Assembly: GCA_965218775.1 (NCBI GenBank)
Contig: CBDCLS010000005.1
Location: forward strand, 702,498-766,497
DNA length: 64,000 bases
Direction of reading: 5' to 3'
From: Acidobacteriota bacterium
Lineage (GTDB): Bacteria; Acidobacteriota; UBA6911; RPQK01; JAJDTT01
Every line of letters begins with the position of its first letter. Position 1 is the stretch's first letter. Position numbers and translations under genes: made by a program. Under the pieces are notes generated by a model that saw only the letters and a program-made list of their open reading frames with translations, was not told the DNA's origin and did no database searches. Of this stretch, positions 48,076 through 58,109 are shown in pieces.

Positions 48076-48152
48076 TGCCGTTGTCCAGCTCTCTCCTCGG
48101 AACTTCGGCTCATACTGCTAACGAATCAAGTCGTTCGCGGCTCTGCCGGCCG
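48076..48152. repeat. Conserved 77-bp intergenic element, copy B
   Basis: 63/77 nt identity with 23716-23792. Confidence 0.7.
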
Positions 48153-48222
48153 TGGAATCGTAGTACTGGTAGTCTACCCGTTTGTCGGACCGCGGTGCTG
48201 CCCCATTCGAGAACGAAACTTC

Positions 48223-48322
48223 GGGTCCGGCGTAGCGGTGGCCTCCAGGCCGCCGTCCGAGCCAAAGGCTCAGAGGAATAGGACTTCGGCCTGGAAGCCA
48301 AAGCTACTTCTGCAAATGAAGT
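48223..48322 (-). repeat. REP doublet copy 3
   Basis: gggtccggcgtagcggtggcctccaggccgccgtccgagccaaaggctc...cttcggcctggaagccaaagctac. Confidence 0.85.
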
Positions 48323-48328
48323 GTCATC

Positions 48329-49552
48329 TTAGATTCGCACTGCCCGTCGGGTAGCCGAGGACTCCTTGGCAGCCTCGATGATCTCCAGCATGTGGACGTT
48401 GTCCTGAATGGGAGAGGGGGCAGGAGCCCCCGTCTTGGATGCCTCCAGAAAATCCCGGAAAAGCTCCTCCGCCATGATGCCACCGTAGCCGGGAGTCTCA
48501 GGGATCTCATAGGTCTTCCGGTGCCGGCGACCGCTGATCCAGTGCCGGGCCTCGCTGTAGAGGCTAAACGCTCCCCCTGCGGTGGCAGCGTTCGCGCTCT
48601 GGTGCTGCACCGGCTCGACCAGCGGCAGGATGGAGAAGCCCTCGGTTCCGCGCATGCCTATGTAGAAGTCGTAGACGCTCTTACTTCCCTTCATGTGATA
48701 TCCCGCCTGAAACGTCCCCATGGTCCCACTCTCGAAACTCAGCAACAACAAACCGGTGTCTTCGACCGGAACTTTCTTGGGATTCAGGTTTCCCACCATA
48801 GCCATTACTTCCACCACTCGCTCCTGCATCAGACACAACACCAGGTCCAAGCAATGGCACCCCAACCAGGAGAGGATACCGGCGCCCGTCTTGGGATCGA
48901 AGAGATAGGTAGACGTGTCGCGGTACTCGAGTAGCCCGTTCAGCAGCTTGGCCTCGATGGTCATGATACTGCCCAGGGCGCCATCGGCCAGGGCCCGCTT
49001 CAAGTCCAGAACCATCGGATTGTACCGCCACTGAAGCATGGCTCCGGCTGTCACCCCCTTCTTCTCCGCCAACTCGGCCACCTTGCGGAGGTAGGATGAA
49101 TGGGTCGTCGCCGGTTTGTCGTACAAGACCGGCAAGCCGGCGGAAACAACCTGTTCCAGAATGGCTGGCGCCTGGTCGGGGCGAGCACAGACCGTTACCG
49201 CATCCAGGTCGTCTCGAGCCAGAAACCGGGCCAGATCAGTGCTCTTCGAGGCCACCTTCGAGGACTCAGCCGCAAGCTGTTCGACATCGGCGAGTTCGGT
49301 GGCGGCGCAAACATGGATTTTGCCTACCTCTGAGAGTTGATCGAGCACACGCACGTGCCCACGGGCGTGGCCGTGGCCAGAAATTGCCCCCACCACCATG
49401 GATCCGTCTGCAGCAGAACTCCCCTTGTATCTCGATGGTACGGGGCTGCCACTCACTCTCAGCGGCTCGTTTCCGGCCGCGGCCTTACTGCCGAGAGATC
49501 CAATCGCTGCCGCTGACGGCAGGGTATAGCCGAGAAAGGTACGTCTCTTCAT
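48329..49552 (-). CDS. Gfo/Idh/MocA oxidoreductase with Tat-like signal
   Basis: MKRRTFLG; DAVTVCARP, LYDKP, GILSWLGCHCLD. Confidence 0.85.
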   Translation of the reverse strand: MKRRTFLGYTLPSAAAIGSLGSKAAAGNEPLRVSGSPVPSRYKGSSAADGSMVVGAISGHGHARGHVRVLDQLSEVGKIHVCAATELADVEQLAAESSKVASKSTDLARFLARDDLDAVTVCARPDQAPAILEQVVSAGLPVLYDKPATTHSSYLRKVAELAEKKGVTAGAMLQWRYNPMVLDLKRALADGALGSIMTIEAKLLNGLLEYRDTSTYLFDPKTGAGILSWLGCHCLDLVLCLMQERVVEVMAMVGNLNPKKVPVEDTGLLLLSFESGTMGTFQAGYHMKGSKSVYDFYIGMRGTEGFSILPLVEPVQHQSANAATAGGAFSLYSEARHWISGRRHRKTYEIPETPGYGGIMAEELFRDFLEASKTGAPAPSPIQDNVHMLEIIEAAKESSATRRAVRI

Positions 49553-49569
49553 TGACAATTTCTCCTATT

Positions 49570-50343
49570 TCATGCAATCCCTACTCCCCCCACCTGCACG
49601 TGCTTCATGGTCTCGTAGGCCGGAGAAGGCTTTCCCTGGACGTGAAGAAATGGATAGCGGTAGTCCCCTTTCCCCTTCCATCGGGCTTCGCCCGTCATGA
49701 AGATCACCGTGTAGGCCTGGCGCGAGTGCTGGCTTCGGTTGGGCTCGCTGCGATGGTAGGTGAGGCAGTGATGGAAGCCGATACTTCCTTTGGACAGCTC
49801 AAGCGGAATCTCATCACCAAGTTTGCTCAGAGCCTTCTGGGTCAACATCCAGGTATTGCCTGGAACATCCGTCTCTTCGTGCTCTAACAGGCCTAACTTG
49901 TGACTTGCTGGAATCACCGTCATGCAACCGTTCTCCCGGGTGGCATCCTCGAGGGCGATCCAGGCCGTCAGCATCTTGTAGGGTTCGAAGCTCCAGTAGT
50001 ACATGTCCTGATGAGGCGGTACCACACTCCCATCACGGGCCGGCTTGGCGAAAAGACCATCGGCGTAGATATCCAGATCGGGGCCTAGTAATTCCTGGAC
50101 GATTGAGATCAGCCGTGGATTGGTGGCAACCGTGTGGAAAGCAGGGTCACGATGCAGCAGGCCAAAGGCGTTCCTGAGAACAGACGGATTGGAAGGCTCC
50201 CATTTGAGATCACTCTCGGGAAAGGGGGTATGTTGACCCTCCAAGGCGCCCACCCGTCGCAGGAGGTCGTCCATTTCTTCTTCGGTAAAAACTCCCTCTG
50301 TAGTCAGGTAACCGTTGTCGTCAAAGAACCGCTTGCGATCCAT
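49570..50343 (-). CDS. Phytanoyl-CoA dioxygenase (PhyH) family Fe/2OG oxygenase
   Basis: FFDDNGYL, PPHQDMYYW (HxD), AWIALEDAT.ENGC, HHCLTYHRSEPN. Confidence 0.9.
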   Translation of the reverse strand: MDRKRFFDDNGYLTTEGVFTEEEMDDLLRRVGALEGQHTPFPESDLKWEPSNPSVLRNAFGLLHRDPAFHTVATNPRLISIVQELLGPDLDIYADGLFAKPARDGSVVPPHQDMYYWSFEPYKMLTAWIALEDATRENGCMTVIPASHKLGLLEHEETDVPGNTWMLTQKALSKLGDEIPLELSKGSIGFHHCLTYHRSEPNRSQHSRQAYTVIFMTGEARWKGKGDYRYPFLHVQGKPSPAYETMKHVQVGGVGIA

Positions 50344-50425
50344 TATTTCTCCTCTTATGACTCCACTGTCTGAATGACCGAGACCAATATAGACATAGGT
50401 CACTTCCCGGTCAAAGCCATTGCGC

Positions 50426-50526
50426 CTCCCTTGCCTTTGCCCGTGCCCGTGCCTTTGCCCGAAGACACAGCGACAAGCAGGGTACTTCAGAAAGATGAGA
50501 TCAGGGCACGGGCAAAGGCAAGGGAG
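50426..50526. repeat. 23-bp perfect inverted repeat with 55-bp spacer
   Basis: ctcccttgcctttgcccgtgccc (50426-50448) / gggcacgggcaaaggcaagggag (50504-50526). Confidence 0.8.
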
Positions 50527-50640
50527 AGAGCGTGAAACAGATACCCTTGACCACCCCATTGAACCATTGACCACCATTGACACAATGGAGCGGCTTCTCT
50601 ATCGTGTCAGAGGAGACCTATCTCATAGTCTGCAAAGGAG

Positions 50641-51483
50641 TTGAGGTTGGCTAACCGCTCCGCATATGGCTGCCGGAAAGTTTTCTTCCCGACACTCTAT
50701 GGAACCGTTCTACTCACGGCATCTTTGTGGGCACAGCAGCCTGCGGAGCATCCGAACGTCAAAGCGCTATCCAAAGGAGAAATTGGGACCAGGCTGTTCC
50801 TGGAACAGATCCAGCCCCTGTTTGAGAAGAATTGTCTCGCCTGCCACTCGAACACAACCAAACAGGCAGGACTCGATCTTTCCAGCCGGCAGGGTCTATT
50901 AGAAGGTGGCGACCACGGTCCCGCCGTGGTGCCCGGTAGCAGCAAAGATAGCCTTCTCTACGGGGTAATCACTCACTCCCAGCAGCCTGCGATGCCGCCT
51001 CAAGAAGAAAAGCTGCCTACACAGGCCGCGGCCCTCATCGGCCTCTGGATCGATCTGGGCGTTCCCTACGGCCACCGCGACTCCGACGACGATGTCACGC
51101 TTACGGATGAATCCAGCAGCAGGAATGCGGCCGGCCCAGATGACCTCTTCGACCAGGTCAGATCGACCTTGGAGACCCAGTGCCTTCACTGTCACGGAGG
51201 CAAGTTTCGCCAAGCCGGCCTCGATCTTTCCGAGCGTGAAGGACTCCTGAAGGGAAGCGATGAACACACTGACGTGGTCGTTCCCGGGAAGCCTGAAGCT
51301 AGTCTGCTGGTCAAGAAGGTCAGACACCAGCATGAGCCGGGCATGCCCTACCAGGGCCAGCGACTCTCTTTTCCTCCTTCTGGGGATGGGGCAAGCCCTC
51401 TTTTTTGGTCAGAGCCGAGGCAGGTCCCCGGGAAGAAAATTCTCCGGGTCCGGGTGTTGGGTGCACGTGGGAAAAATTCATAA
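50641..51483 (+). pseudogene. Planctomycete cytochrome c (PSCyt1-type) double-domain protein, probably 3'-truncated
   Basis: NCLACH...GLDLSSR...MPP and QCLHCHG...GLDLSER...MPY; homology appears to end abruptly at ~51366. Confidence 0.7.
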
Positions 51484-51904
51484 TTGGACTCCTGATTGAG
51501 GCCTACTGTATATGATCGGCTTCCGCTCGGTTGACCTTTAGCATCTCACGCTGGGCCTTTGCGGCAGATCAACGTGTGCACGTCAGCTGCGGTGACGGCG
51601 GACGACTGAGCGGCGGCTGAAATGGAGGAGATACGCTCCATCGGTCTCAGGGGTAAGAATCGCGTCATCACAGAGTCGGGCCGGGGCCTGCCTCCGTGGG
51701 GCAGTAGTTGCACCCCAATTACGTGTGCGAATCGAAACCCGCAAACCTATTTGCAATCCTCTGATTCTCGGGAATACGATAAGGGAGAGTACTGCTTGGA
51801 TTGATAAGCCAGAGGAATCTCGATCGGTATGTTCTCGGATACGGTTTTCGAGAACAGAACCTCCTTCTGGCGCGATCCCCTTCCCGACAGGAGGCAAACG
51901 GACG

Positions 51905-52255
51905 ATGGCAAACAGCAATCTCGAGAGGCTGAGGAAAGCCTTGGAAAATCTCGCAACCCTGGATATTGTGACGGTCGTTGGGCCGGTGAGTGTCTCCAAA
52001 AAGGATGGCAAGCTCACTGCCGAAGTTCGAGATCCCAGCCAGGCAAGCGCAATGCAGACGAGCATCGATCTCATTGGGGGTGATATCTGCAACCAGATCG
52101 ATAGTGCCTACACCACTGGTGATCTGACCAGTCTGCGTGATTTTCATCTTCAACAGGTGAAAGCGGGCCACGATATCATCGTCAACAACTTCAAGGCCAT
52201 GATCGATCTGTTCAAGGTCCTGGGCGATGCGGTCAGCGGTTCGCAGGAAGAGTGA
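51905..52255 (+). CDS. Hypothetical protein A (116 aa) of a three-paralog cluster
   Basis: SD AGGAGG; shares the MQTxIxL-GD...LxDFHLQ motif with B. Confidence 0.8.
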   Translation: MANSNLERLRKALENLATLDIVTVVGPVSVSKKDGKLTAEVRDPSQASAMQTSIDLIGGDICNQIDSAYTTGDLTSLRDFHLQQVKAGHDIIVNNFKAMIDLFKVLGDAVSGSQEE

Positions 52256-52496
52256 TACACCAGGCAAATCTCCGGCTCTGAGCCCATGGGGCGAAGTATC
52301 CTTGCCGCCAACCTACCTTCATGGCAAGGACCGATAGCATTCCTCTTCTACCTGGACGGAGTTCGACCTCCACCCCCACAGGAGGGCGGACTGCTCTCAC
52401 CCCACAACCGACACCCACCCGGTCGGCCCCAATCGCGGGCAAGCATGTTAGCTGCTCATCGCCGGGGATCGATTGAGGTTACGGAAGGAGAGTTCT

Positions 52497-53255
52497 ATGA
52501 ATGAGTTCAAGGAAAGCTTGCGACAAATCGGACGGGATTTGCTCAATCTGGAGATCAACACCATAGTCAAGAGCAATGTGACCGCCCGAAAGATGCCGGT
52601 TGTACCCCACGCCGTCCTCGACATTGCCCAAACTTACGCTGACAAGCTGAATACTCTGCAGGTCAATCTCAATCTCTTCTTTGACGGCGAGAAAGAAGAG
52701 AAGGAGATCAGCGATTCAAAGTATTGGGGGGAAACCAGAAAACCGACAAACGACAGATTCAACAACGAGTGCCTGAGAAACGGGTTCGACACCTTCATGC
52801 GACTGCGATGGGCAGCGCGGGCCGCCGTGGAAGAAAAAGGGGCCGACCCCGCAATCGATTCCTCCGACGTAGTGATCTTGCAGCGGATCCGTCGCAACAG
52901 CGATCAGCTGAGAGCCGTTTTGCAAACCCTCGAGCGCAAGCATTCAGATCTGTTTGGCAAAAAGAGAGCCGAGTTGGGCTACGAGAAACAGAGGCAGACT
53001 CCGTTCAACGCTGACGATCTGGCGCTGATCCGAAAGATATGGGAGATCGGTATTGAGAAGGTCGTGATGCAGACAGTCATACAACTGGACGGGGACTTGA
53101 TTACTCGAATCCAGCAAGACTACGCCAAACCTCAGTTCAAGTATCTGCACGATTTCCACCTGCAGGGGATCGTCATGGCCATGAGATCCTGGGAGATGAT
53201 AGCCAAGGCAGTGGCCACGTTCTTCAGCGGGCTAGCTGGAGCGATTGGCCGTTAG
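52497..53255 (+). CDS. Hypothetical protein B (252 aa) of a three-paralog cluster
   Basis: SD AAGGAG; N-terminal LEINTIV and C-terminal MQTVIQLDGDLITRI...LHDFHLQ. Confidence 0.8.
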   Translation: MNEFKESLRQIGRDLLNLEINTIVKSNVTARKMPVVPHAVLDIAQTYADKLNTLQVNLNLFFDGEKEEKEISDSKYWGETRKPTNDRFNNECLRNGFDTFMRLRWAARAAVEEKGADPAIDSSDVVILQRIRRNSDQLRAVLQTLERKHSDLFGKKRAELGYEKQRQTPFNADDLALIRKIWEIGIEKVVMQTVIQLDGDLITRIQQDYAKPQFKYLHDFHLQGIVMAMRSWEMIAKAVATFFSGLAGAIGR

Positions 53256-53258
53256 GGT

Positions 53259-53747
53259 ATGCACCGCGGCAAGATTTTCCTGAAGCCAAAGATTGCCTAC
53301 GATCACTTTGCCGACCTGAAGGAGCTCGTCACCAGCGGAGGCATCAGTATCGAATCGAAAGATACTGAAGGAGAGATCTACGCCCTAACGCTGGTCCAGC
53401 CCGATGGAGACATCGTCTCGCGAGTCCGCAGGGGAAGCAATCCCAGTCTCTATGAGCAGCATTATCTTGAGGTCGGTGACCATTTGACCGCGGTTGGTAA
53501 ACTCCTGGGTAATATTCAGCTGATCCTCACGTTTCTTGGCGCCTTTCTGGCCCTTCTTTGCCAAATCAGCCTAGTTTTCGGCAAACTGTATCAGCGGGCC
53601 GGTACGGATCTCGCTTTGGTGCTCTGGCAGAGCTGCCGGAGCTTGCTGATCCAGCTGGCCTTGATCTCTATTTCAGCCTACCTTTTGCGGGTTTTTGTTC
53701 TACCCTGGTTAATCCGACGGTTCACACGGAATCTGGCCTCCGATTGA
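53259..53747 (+). CDS. Hypothetical membrane protein C (162 aa) of a three-paralog cluster
   Basis: Starts 3 nt after the B stop; LTLVQPDGDIVSRV...LYEQH motif, then two hydrophobic helices. Confidence 0.75.
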   Translation: MHRGKIFLKPKIAYDHFADLKELVTSGGISIESKDTEGEIYALTLVQPDGDIVSRVRRGSNPSLYEQHYLEVGDHLTAVGKLLGNIQLILTFLGAFLALLCQISLVFGKLYQRAGTDLALVLWQSCRSLLIQLALISISAYLLRVFVLPWLIRRFTRNLASD

Positions 53748-53917
53748 GCAGCCAGGGAAACTCCTATTCACCGGCTAGAGACCCGCAGCCGGGGGGCTTG
53801 CGTTTGGGTTACCAGCCATTTACGATCGCTATAGTATGCTTCGAGGTACGGTTCAGTCAGCCCCGTCACTTGACCACCGATTTGTGAACTAACCCAGGGC
53901 TTTGGGGGAGCCAGACA

Positions 53918-54233
53918 ATGACTGAATTCGGACACACCACAGCCAAAGTAGCGGCGTGGAATCTTGCCGGTTTCGGAGAGATTCTCCAGGAGCGGCTCGA
54001 ACGTCAGGCCGAAGGACTCGCGCTTCTCGATGCGGAAGTCGTGGCCCTCGTAGAGATCAAACCTACTGGATGGCTTTGCCATAAATCGGACATTCGGTGG
54101 GGAGTACATACGGGGAAGCCTACGCCTCTTTCCCATGCATTGGAGTATGGATATGGGTCGTCAGCGATTTCGAGACACGGTGTCGGACCATCTGCCATTC
54201 GTTGCTTCGTTCAGAATCGATCGAGAGCGCTGA
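53918..54233 (+). pseudogene. Endonuclease/exonuclease/phosphatase (EEP) gene with internal deletion
   Basis: N-terminal KVAAWNLAGF...DAEVVALVEI; C-terminal VSDHLPFVASF* in another frame ending at 54233. Confidence 0.7.
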
Positions 54234-54307
54234 TCTAACCTTAACCTAGCGGCTTGGCGGTGGACGCTCCGTGAGGCTTCTCCCGTGTTCGAGGTCGAGA
54301 CTCCAGG

Positions 54308-55942
54308 ATGCCGCAAAGCACTGAAGTGGTTCATCGTCCCATCGAAGAAAAGATGAGGGACCTGATTATGATTCGGACCTGGAAAAATTGCCTGATCTGC
54401 CTTCTCCTACTCTCGGGTGGAAACACCCTTGCCGCCGACAAGATCCGGGTGCTGCTGATCGACGGCCAGAACAACCATAACTGGGTCGAGACCAGCCAGT
54501 CACTGCGTGCGATCCTTGATCGTGCCGAACTGTTCGAGGTGACAACCGCGAGCAGCCCACCAGCCGAAGCCAACGAAGGCACCTGGGAGAGTTGGCAGCT
54601 TGATTTCAAAAGGTTTGATGTCGTCGTGAGTAACTACAACGGACGACTTTGGCCAGCTTCGATGCAGAAGGCATTCGTCGACTATGTCCGCTCCGGCGGA
54701 GGCGTCGCCATTGTCCATGCGGCCAACAACGCCTTCCCCGGCTGGAAGGAATACAACGAAATGATCGGCCTCGGCTGGCGCGATCGAGACTACGGCGAGG
54801 GCGTAAACGTCGAGGACAACACTGGAAAGCTGCTACGCATCCCTGCGGGCGCCGGTATCGGAGCCGGGCACGGCCTGCGACACTCCTACCTCGTCAAATT
54901 GAGACAGCCTGACCATCCCATACTAAAGGGCATCCCGGAAGAGTGGCTGCACGCTACCGACGAGCTCTATCACGCTCAACGAGGGCCAGCCCGGAACATG
55001 ACTGTACTGGCTTCCGCCTTCTCGGACCCCAGACAAGGGGGCAGCGGTGGACACGAGCCGCTGCTCTGGAACATTCCCTTTGGTAAGGGCCGCGTCGTGA
55101 CAAACCTCATGGGGCACCTTTGGCCCGGACAGGATCATCGAAACGCCCTTCAGTGCGTTGGATTTCAGACGATCTTCGCTCGCACGGCTGAGTGGTTGGG
55201 CAGAGGCGAGGTCACCCAACCGGTACCGGAGCTATTTCCCGGCAGGACCGAGGCGGTGCTCGTCGATCCAGTCCAGCTGCCAGCAAACCAACTGCCTCCG
55301 CACCACCGCCTACTCTACCTCCAGAGAATGAGGAGGGCGAGCGCAGTTCACGATTTTGCATTCTCCGACCCTGCGGCTTGGAGATACCGCAAGGGCGGCC
55401 AGGAGCAACCCGCCCTCGAGCTGTTTCAGCAAAGCCAGTATGAGCCACCGCATCGCTCACCCGTAAACATTGCTCTCGTCGACGGGCAACGGTTCGACTC
55501 CTTCGTGGTAGACATGAAGCTCCAACAAACAGGTCGAGAGTATGGACACAGAGACCTTTGCCTGTTCTTCGGCTTCCAAGACCCTTCTCACTTCTACTAT
55601 GCGCACATTGCCAGCCAGACGGATGACCATGCGCACAACCTCTTCGTAGTGAACGGGGCTCCCCGGATAAAGATTTCGACCTCAACCACTTCTGGTCATG
55701 ATTGGGGAAAAAGGCAGTGGCATCATGTCCGCATCGAGCGGAATGTTGAAACTGGCTCGATAAGGGTATTTGTAAACGACATGGCCCAGCCCATCATGAC
55801 AGCCAAGGATAAGACCTTCGGCCATGGCTGGATCGGGTGGGGATCGTTTGACGACACTGGAATGGTCAGCGATATCCAAATCTGGGCAGAGGATTTCGAG
55901 TCGAAAGACATCGATTTCTTCGGTGCAAGCGGCTCTCGCTAG
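54308..55942 (+). CDS. ThuA-like domain + C-terminal ConA-like/DUF1080-type domain protein
   Basis: IRVLLIDGQNNHNW, GGGVAIVHAANNAF, DELYH, GKGRV...MGH; C-terminal WHHVRIER...IGWGSFDD. Confidence 0.75.
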   Translation: MPQSTEVVHRPIEEKMRDLIMIRTWKNCLICLLLLSGGNTLAADKIRVLLIDGQNNHNWVETSQSLRAILDRAELFEVTTASSPPAEANEGTWESWQLDFKRFDVVVSNYNGRLWPASMQKAFVDYVRSGGGVAIVHAANNAFPGWKEYNEMIGLGWRDRDYGEGVNVEDNTGKLLRIPAGAGIGAGHGLRHSYLVKLRQPDHPILKGIPEEWLHATDELYHAQRGPARNMTVLASAFSDPRQGGSGGHEPLLWNIPFGKGRVVTNLMGHLWPGQDHRNALQCVGFQTIFARTAEWLGRGEVTQPVPELFPGRTEAVLVDPVQLPANQLPPHHRLLYLQRMRRASAVHDFAFSDPAAWRYRKGGQEQPALELFQQSQYEPPHRSPVNIALVDGQRFDSFVVDMKLQQTGREYGHRDLCLFFGFQDPSHFYYAHIASQTDDHAHNLFVVNGAPRIKISTSTTSGHDWGKRQWHHVRIERNVETGSIRVFVNDMAQPIMTAKDKTFGHGWIGWGSFDDTGMVSDIQIWAEDFESKDIDFFGASGSR

Positions 55943-56376
55943 ATCATCGCCACCGCATCCATCTCGATCAAGGCATCGGGATGAACCAATCCCGCTACCT
56001 GAACCAGAGTCGAAGCAGGAAGGTGGTCGGGAGGAAAGTACTCGAGCCTCACTTCGTGGATCGCCCTGAAGTCTGTTAGATCGGTCACGAATACCTGCAC
56101 CCGAACGACATCTCGAAAGCTCGCTCCGGATTCGGACAGAGCCTTCCCGAGATTCGTCAGCACCTGCCGAGTCTGAGCCCTCATGTCGCCCTTGCCGACC
56201 AGCTGCATGTTTTGATCGAACGCAAGCTGTCCGGACACGAAGACCATCGTGCCCCCACTGACACTCACTGCGTTGGAGAAGGCAACTGGCCCTGCAAATG
56301 ACCCGGAGCGGGCCAACTGGTTCCCTCCAGGTAACGGGTAGATCGTCTTGTTCACGACCTGAAGACTCCTCGGCAA
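55939..56376 (-). CDS. RidA/YjgF family protein
   Basis: FVSGQLA, AQTRQVLTNL, PASTLVQVAGL...LIEMDAVA. Confidence 0.92.
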   Translation of the reverse strand: MPRSLQVVNKTIYPLPGGNQLARSGSFAGPVAFSNAVSVSGGTMVFVSGQLAFDQNMQLVGKGDMRAQTRQVLTNLGKALSESGASFRDVVRVQVFVTDLTDFRAIHEVRLEYFPPDHLPASTLVQVAGLVHPDALIEMDAVAMI

Positions 56377-56395
56377 GACTCTGGAAAGTCGCCTG

Positions 56396-57898
56396 CTATT
56401 TGAACTGGATCGAGTAGAGGTCGGCGTCGGTCATCACGAAACGCAACCTGACTACACTCCCAACGATCCGCTTCAGCTGATTCTCTCGGTCTCGGCTCCT
56501 GCCACGTCTCCAAGCCGCGATGCCTTCGATCTCGTCTCCCCAGATGGGCATTGAGTCTTCGAGCGAGAAACCTGCCAGCGGGAGACCGTTGGCTGCCTGA
56601 ATTTCTACTCGTATGCTGCCAGCGGCTGAGGTGGAGTAGTTAAGCCGCAGGTTCTCGCCCCGGAATACCAGGGGTGGGGTCACGAATTCCCCTCCGGGAT
56701 AACCCGCGCTTACCGAAGCGAAGCCATCGGTGCGTATAACCATCCGCCGAAGATGGGCGGTTGGGTAGGTGTAGTGTTGCATGACGTATAGCGAGATCTC
56801 ATCGGAAGCGCTCGAATGAATCCCGCGGGCCACAAAGTTCGTCCGGTGAATCCAATTGCGGCGATCACGTCCGGGTCGGATGAATGCTTCCACAAAACGG
56901 TGCCAATGTCTCCCGTCGCGGCTGCTCATGAACACTGAGTCGGAGAGGCCGGCAAGCTCCGAGTTGCGCACTGCAGGGGAGTGCTGGGGAGAGCGCCAGG
57001 GAACAAACCGTTTGGGAAACGCCAGATAGATGTGGGGAGCACGAAAATAGGGCACGGTGGACGTGGTGTACAGGTGTTCCGAGGGGGCCTCTCCATAGTC
57101 CACCCACTCTCCTGGTGTCCAGTGCACGAAGTCTTTGGAGGTCGCGTACTTGACCGTCCGCACACCGTGTATGAAGTCCCGGTAGAGCGAGACGTAGGTT
57201 CCACGAACGCCGTCCCAGAAAGCGAGGTTGTGAGAATCGAAAGCTCCATCCGTGATGACCGGCTCTTCTGCCATCCACTTCCAGTTAACCGCGTCGGCTG
57301 ACTCCAGTACGACCAGTCCCCGCTTGTCACCCACCCGAGCAAAAGCGATCCCCTTGTATCGCGAGGAGTCCGGGGCCTGTGGATTGGCGTCCTTGAAGGG
57401 GTTGAACTTGGCGGCACCACCAATCTCCAGGATGTTGTTCTCCTTGGAGCCGTTGAACTCTACCTGACGCAGCGAAGGGCGAGTCCAATTGATACCGTCC
57501 TGACTTTCGGCATAACACGACACCTTAGTGTGCGCAGAGACAAATTTCTCGTTGGGCTCGAGGTCCTGCTTGATCAGGTAATCAGGTGCCGAGCTACCAC
57601 GGTAATACATCCGGTAGACGTCTCCGTCCTTGAAGATTGCCAAGTGAAAGGGGATATTTCCTTCCCAAGGCTGGTCGAACACGAATACCTTCTCGGCTTT
57701 CTGCGGATGGTGGAGTTCCAGTTCGACGCCCTCTGCGGACTCGATCAGGTGATCATCGACAAAGAGTTCGAGACGGGACCCAAGGTCGAGGACCTGCCCG
57801 GAGCCGCCCTCCGTTTCCGAGGTGGGTCCAGCTTTGGCACCGATGCCTAGGAAACAACTTGAAAGTAATAAGACGGAAACGATTCTCAGAATTGTCAT
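56396..57898 (-). CDS. Secreted beta-propeller glycoside hydrolase-like protein
   Basis: LGSRLELFVD, YAESQDGINWTRP, FDSHN, IRTDGFASV, LRFVMTDADLYSIQF. Confidence 0.65.
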   Translation of the reverse strand: MTILRIVSVLLLSSCFLGIGAKAGPTSETEGGSGQVLDLGSRLELFVDDHLIESAEGVELELHHPQKAEKVFVFDQPWEGNIPFHLAIFKDGDVYRMYYRGSSAPDYLIKQDLEPNEKFVSAHTKVSCYAESQDGINWTRPSLRQVEFNGSKENNILEIGGAAKFNPFKDANPQAPDSSRYKGIAFARVGDKRGLVVLESADAVNWKWMAEEPVITDGAFDSHNLAFWDGVRGTYVSLYRDFIHGVRTVKYATSKDFVHWTPGEWVDYGEAPSEHLYTTSTVPYFRAPHIYLAFPKRFVPWRSPQHSPAVRNSELAGLSDSVFMSSRDGRHWHRFVEAFIRPGRDRRNWIHRTNFVARGIHSSASDEISLYVMQHYTYPTAHLRRMVIRTDGFASVSAGYPGGEFVTPPLVFRGENLRLNYSTSAAGSIRVEIQAANGLPLAGFSLEDSMPIWGDEIEGIAAWRRGRSRDRENQLKRIVGSVVRLRFVMTDADLYSIQFK

Positions 57899-57995
57899 AG
57901 CAGCGATTCTAGAATCCCTTTGCATTGGTTTCAATGCTCGGATTCCAGCCAGCTGTTTGCGGCACTTCTCACCGATCGCGAGAAAAAAACCTCAG

Positions 57996-58098
57996 TTGGG
58001 TCCGGCGTAGCGGTGGGCTCCAGGCCGCCGTCCGAGCCAAAGGCTCGGAAGAATAAGACTTCGGCCTGGAGGCCAAAGCTACGTTCGCCGATGAAGTT
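57996..58098 (-). repeat. REP doublet copy 4
   Basis: Reverse complement of copy 1 with 2 mismatches. Confidence 0.85.
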
Positions 58099-58109
58099 AC
58101 TTCTCAGAT

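Noticed and set aside
53768-54136. 122-aa minus-strand ORF
   Set aside because: Overlaps the EEP remnant on the opposite strand; no motif recognised.
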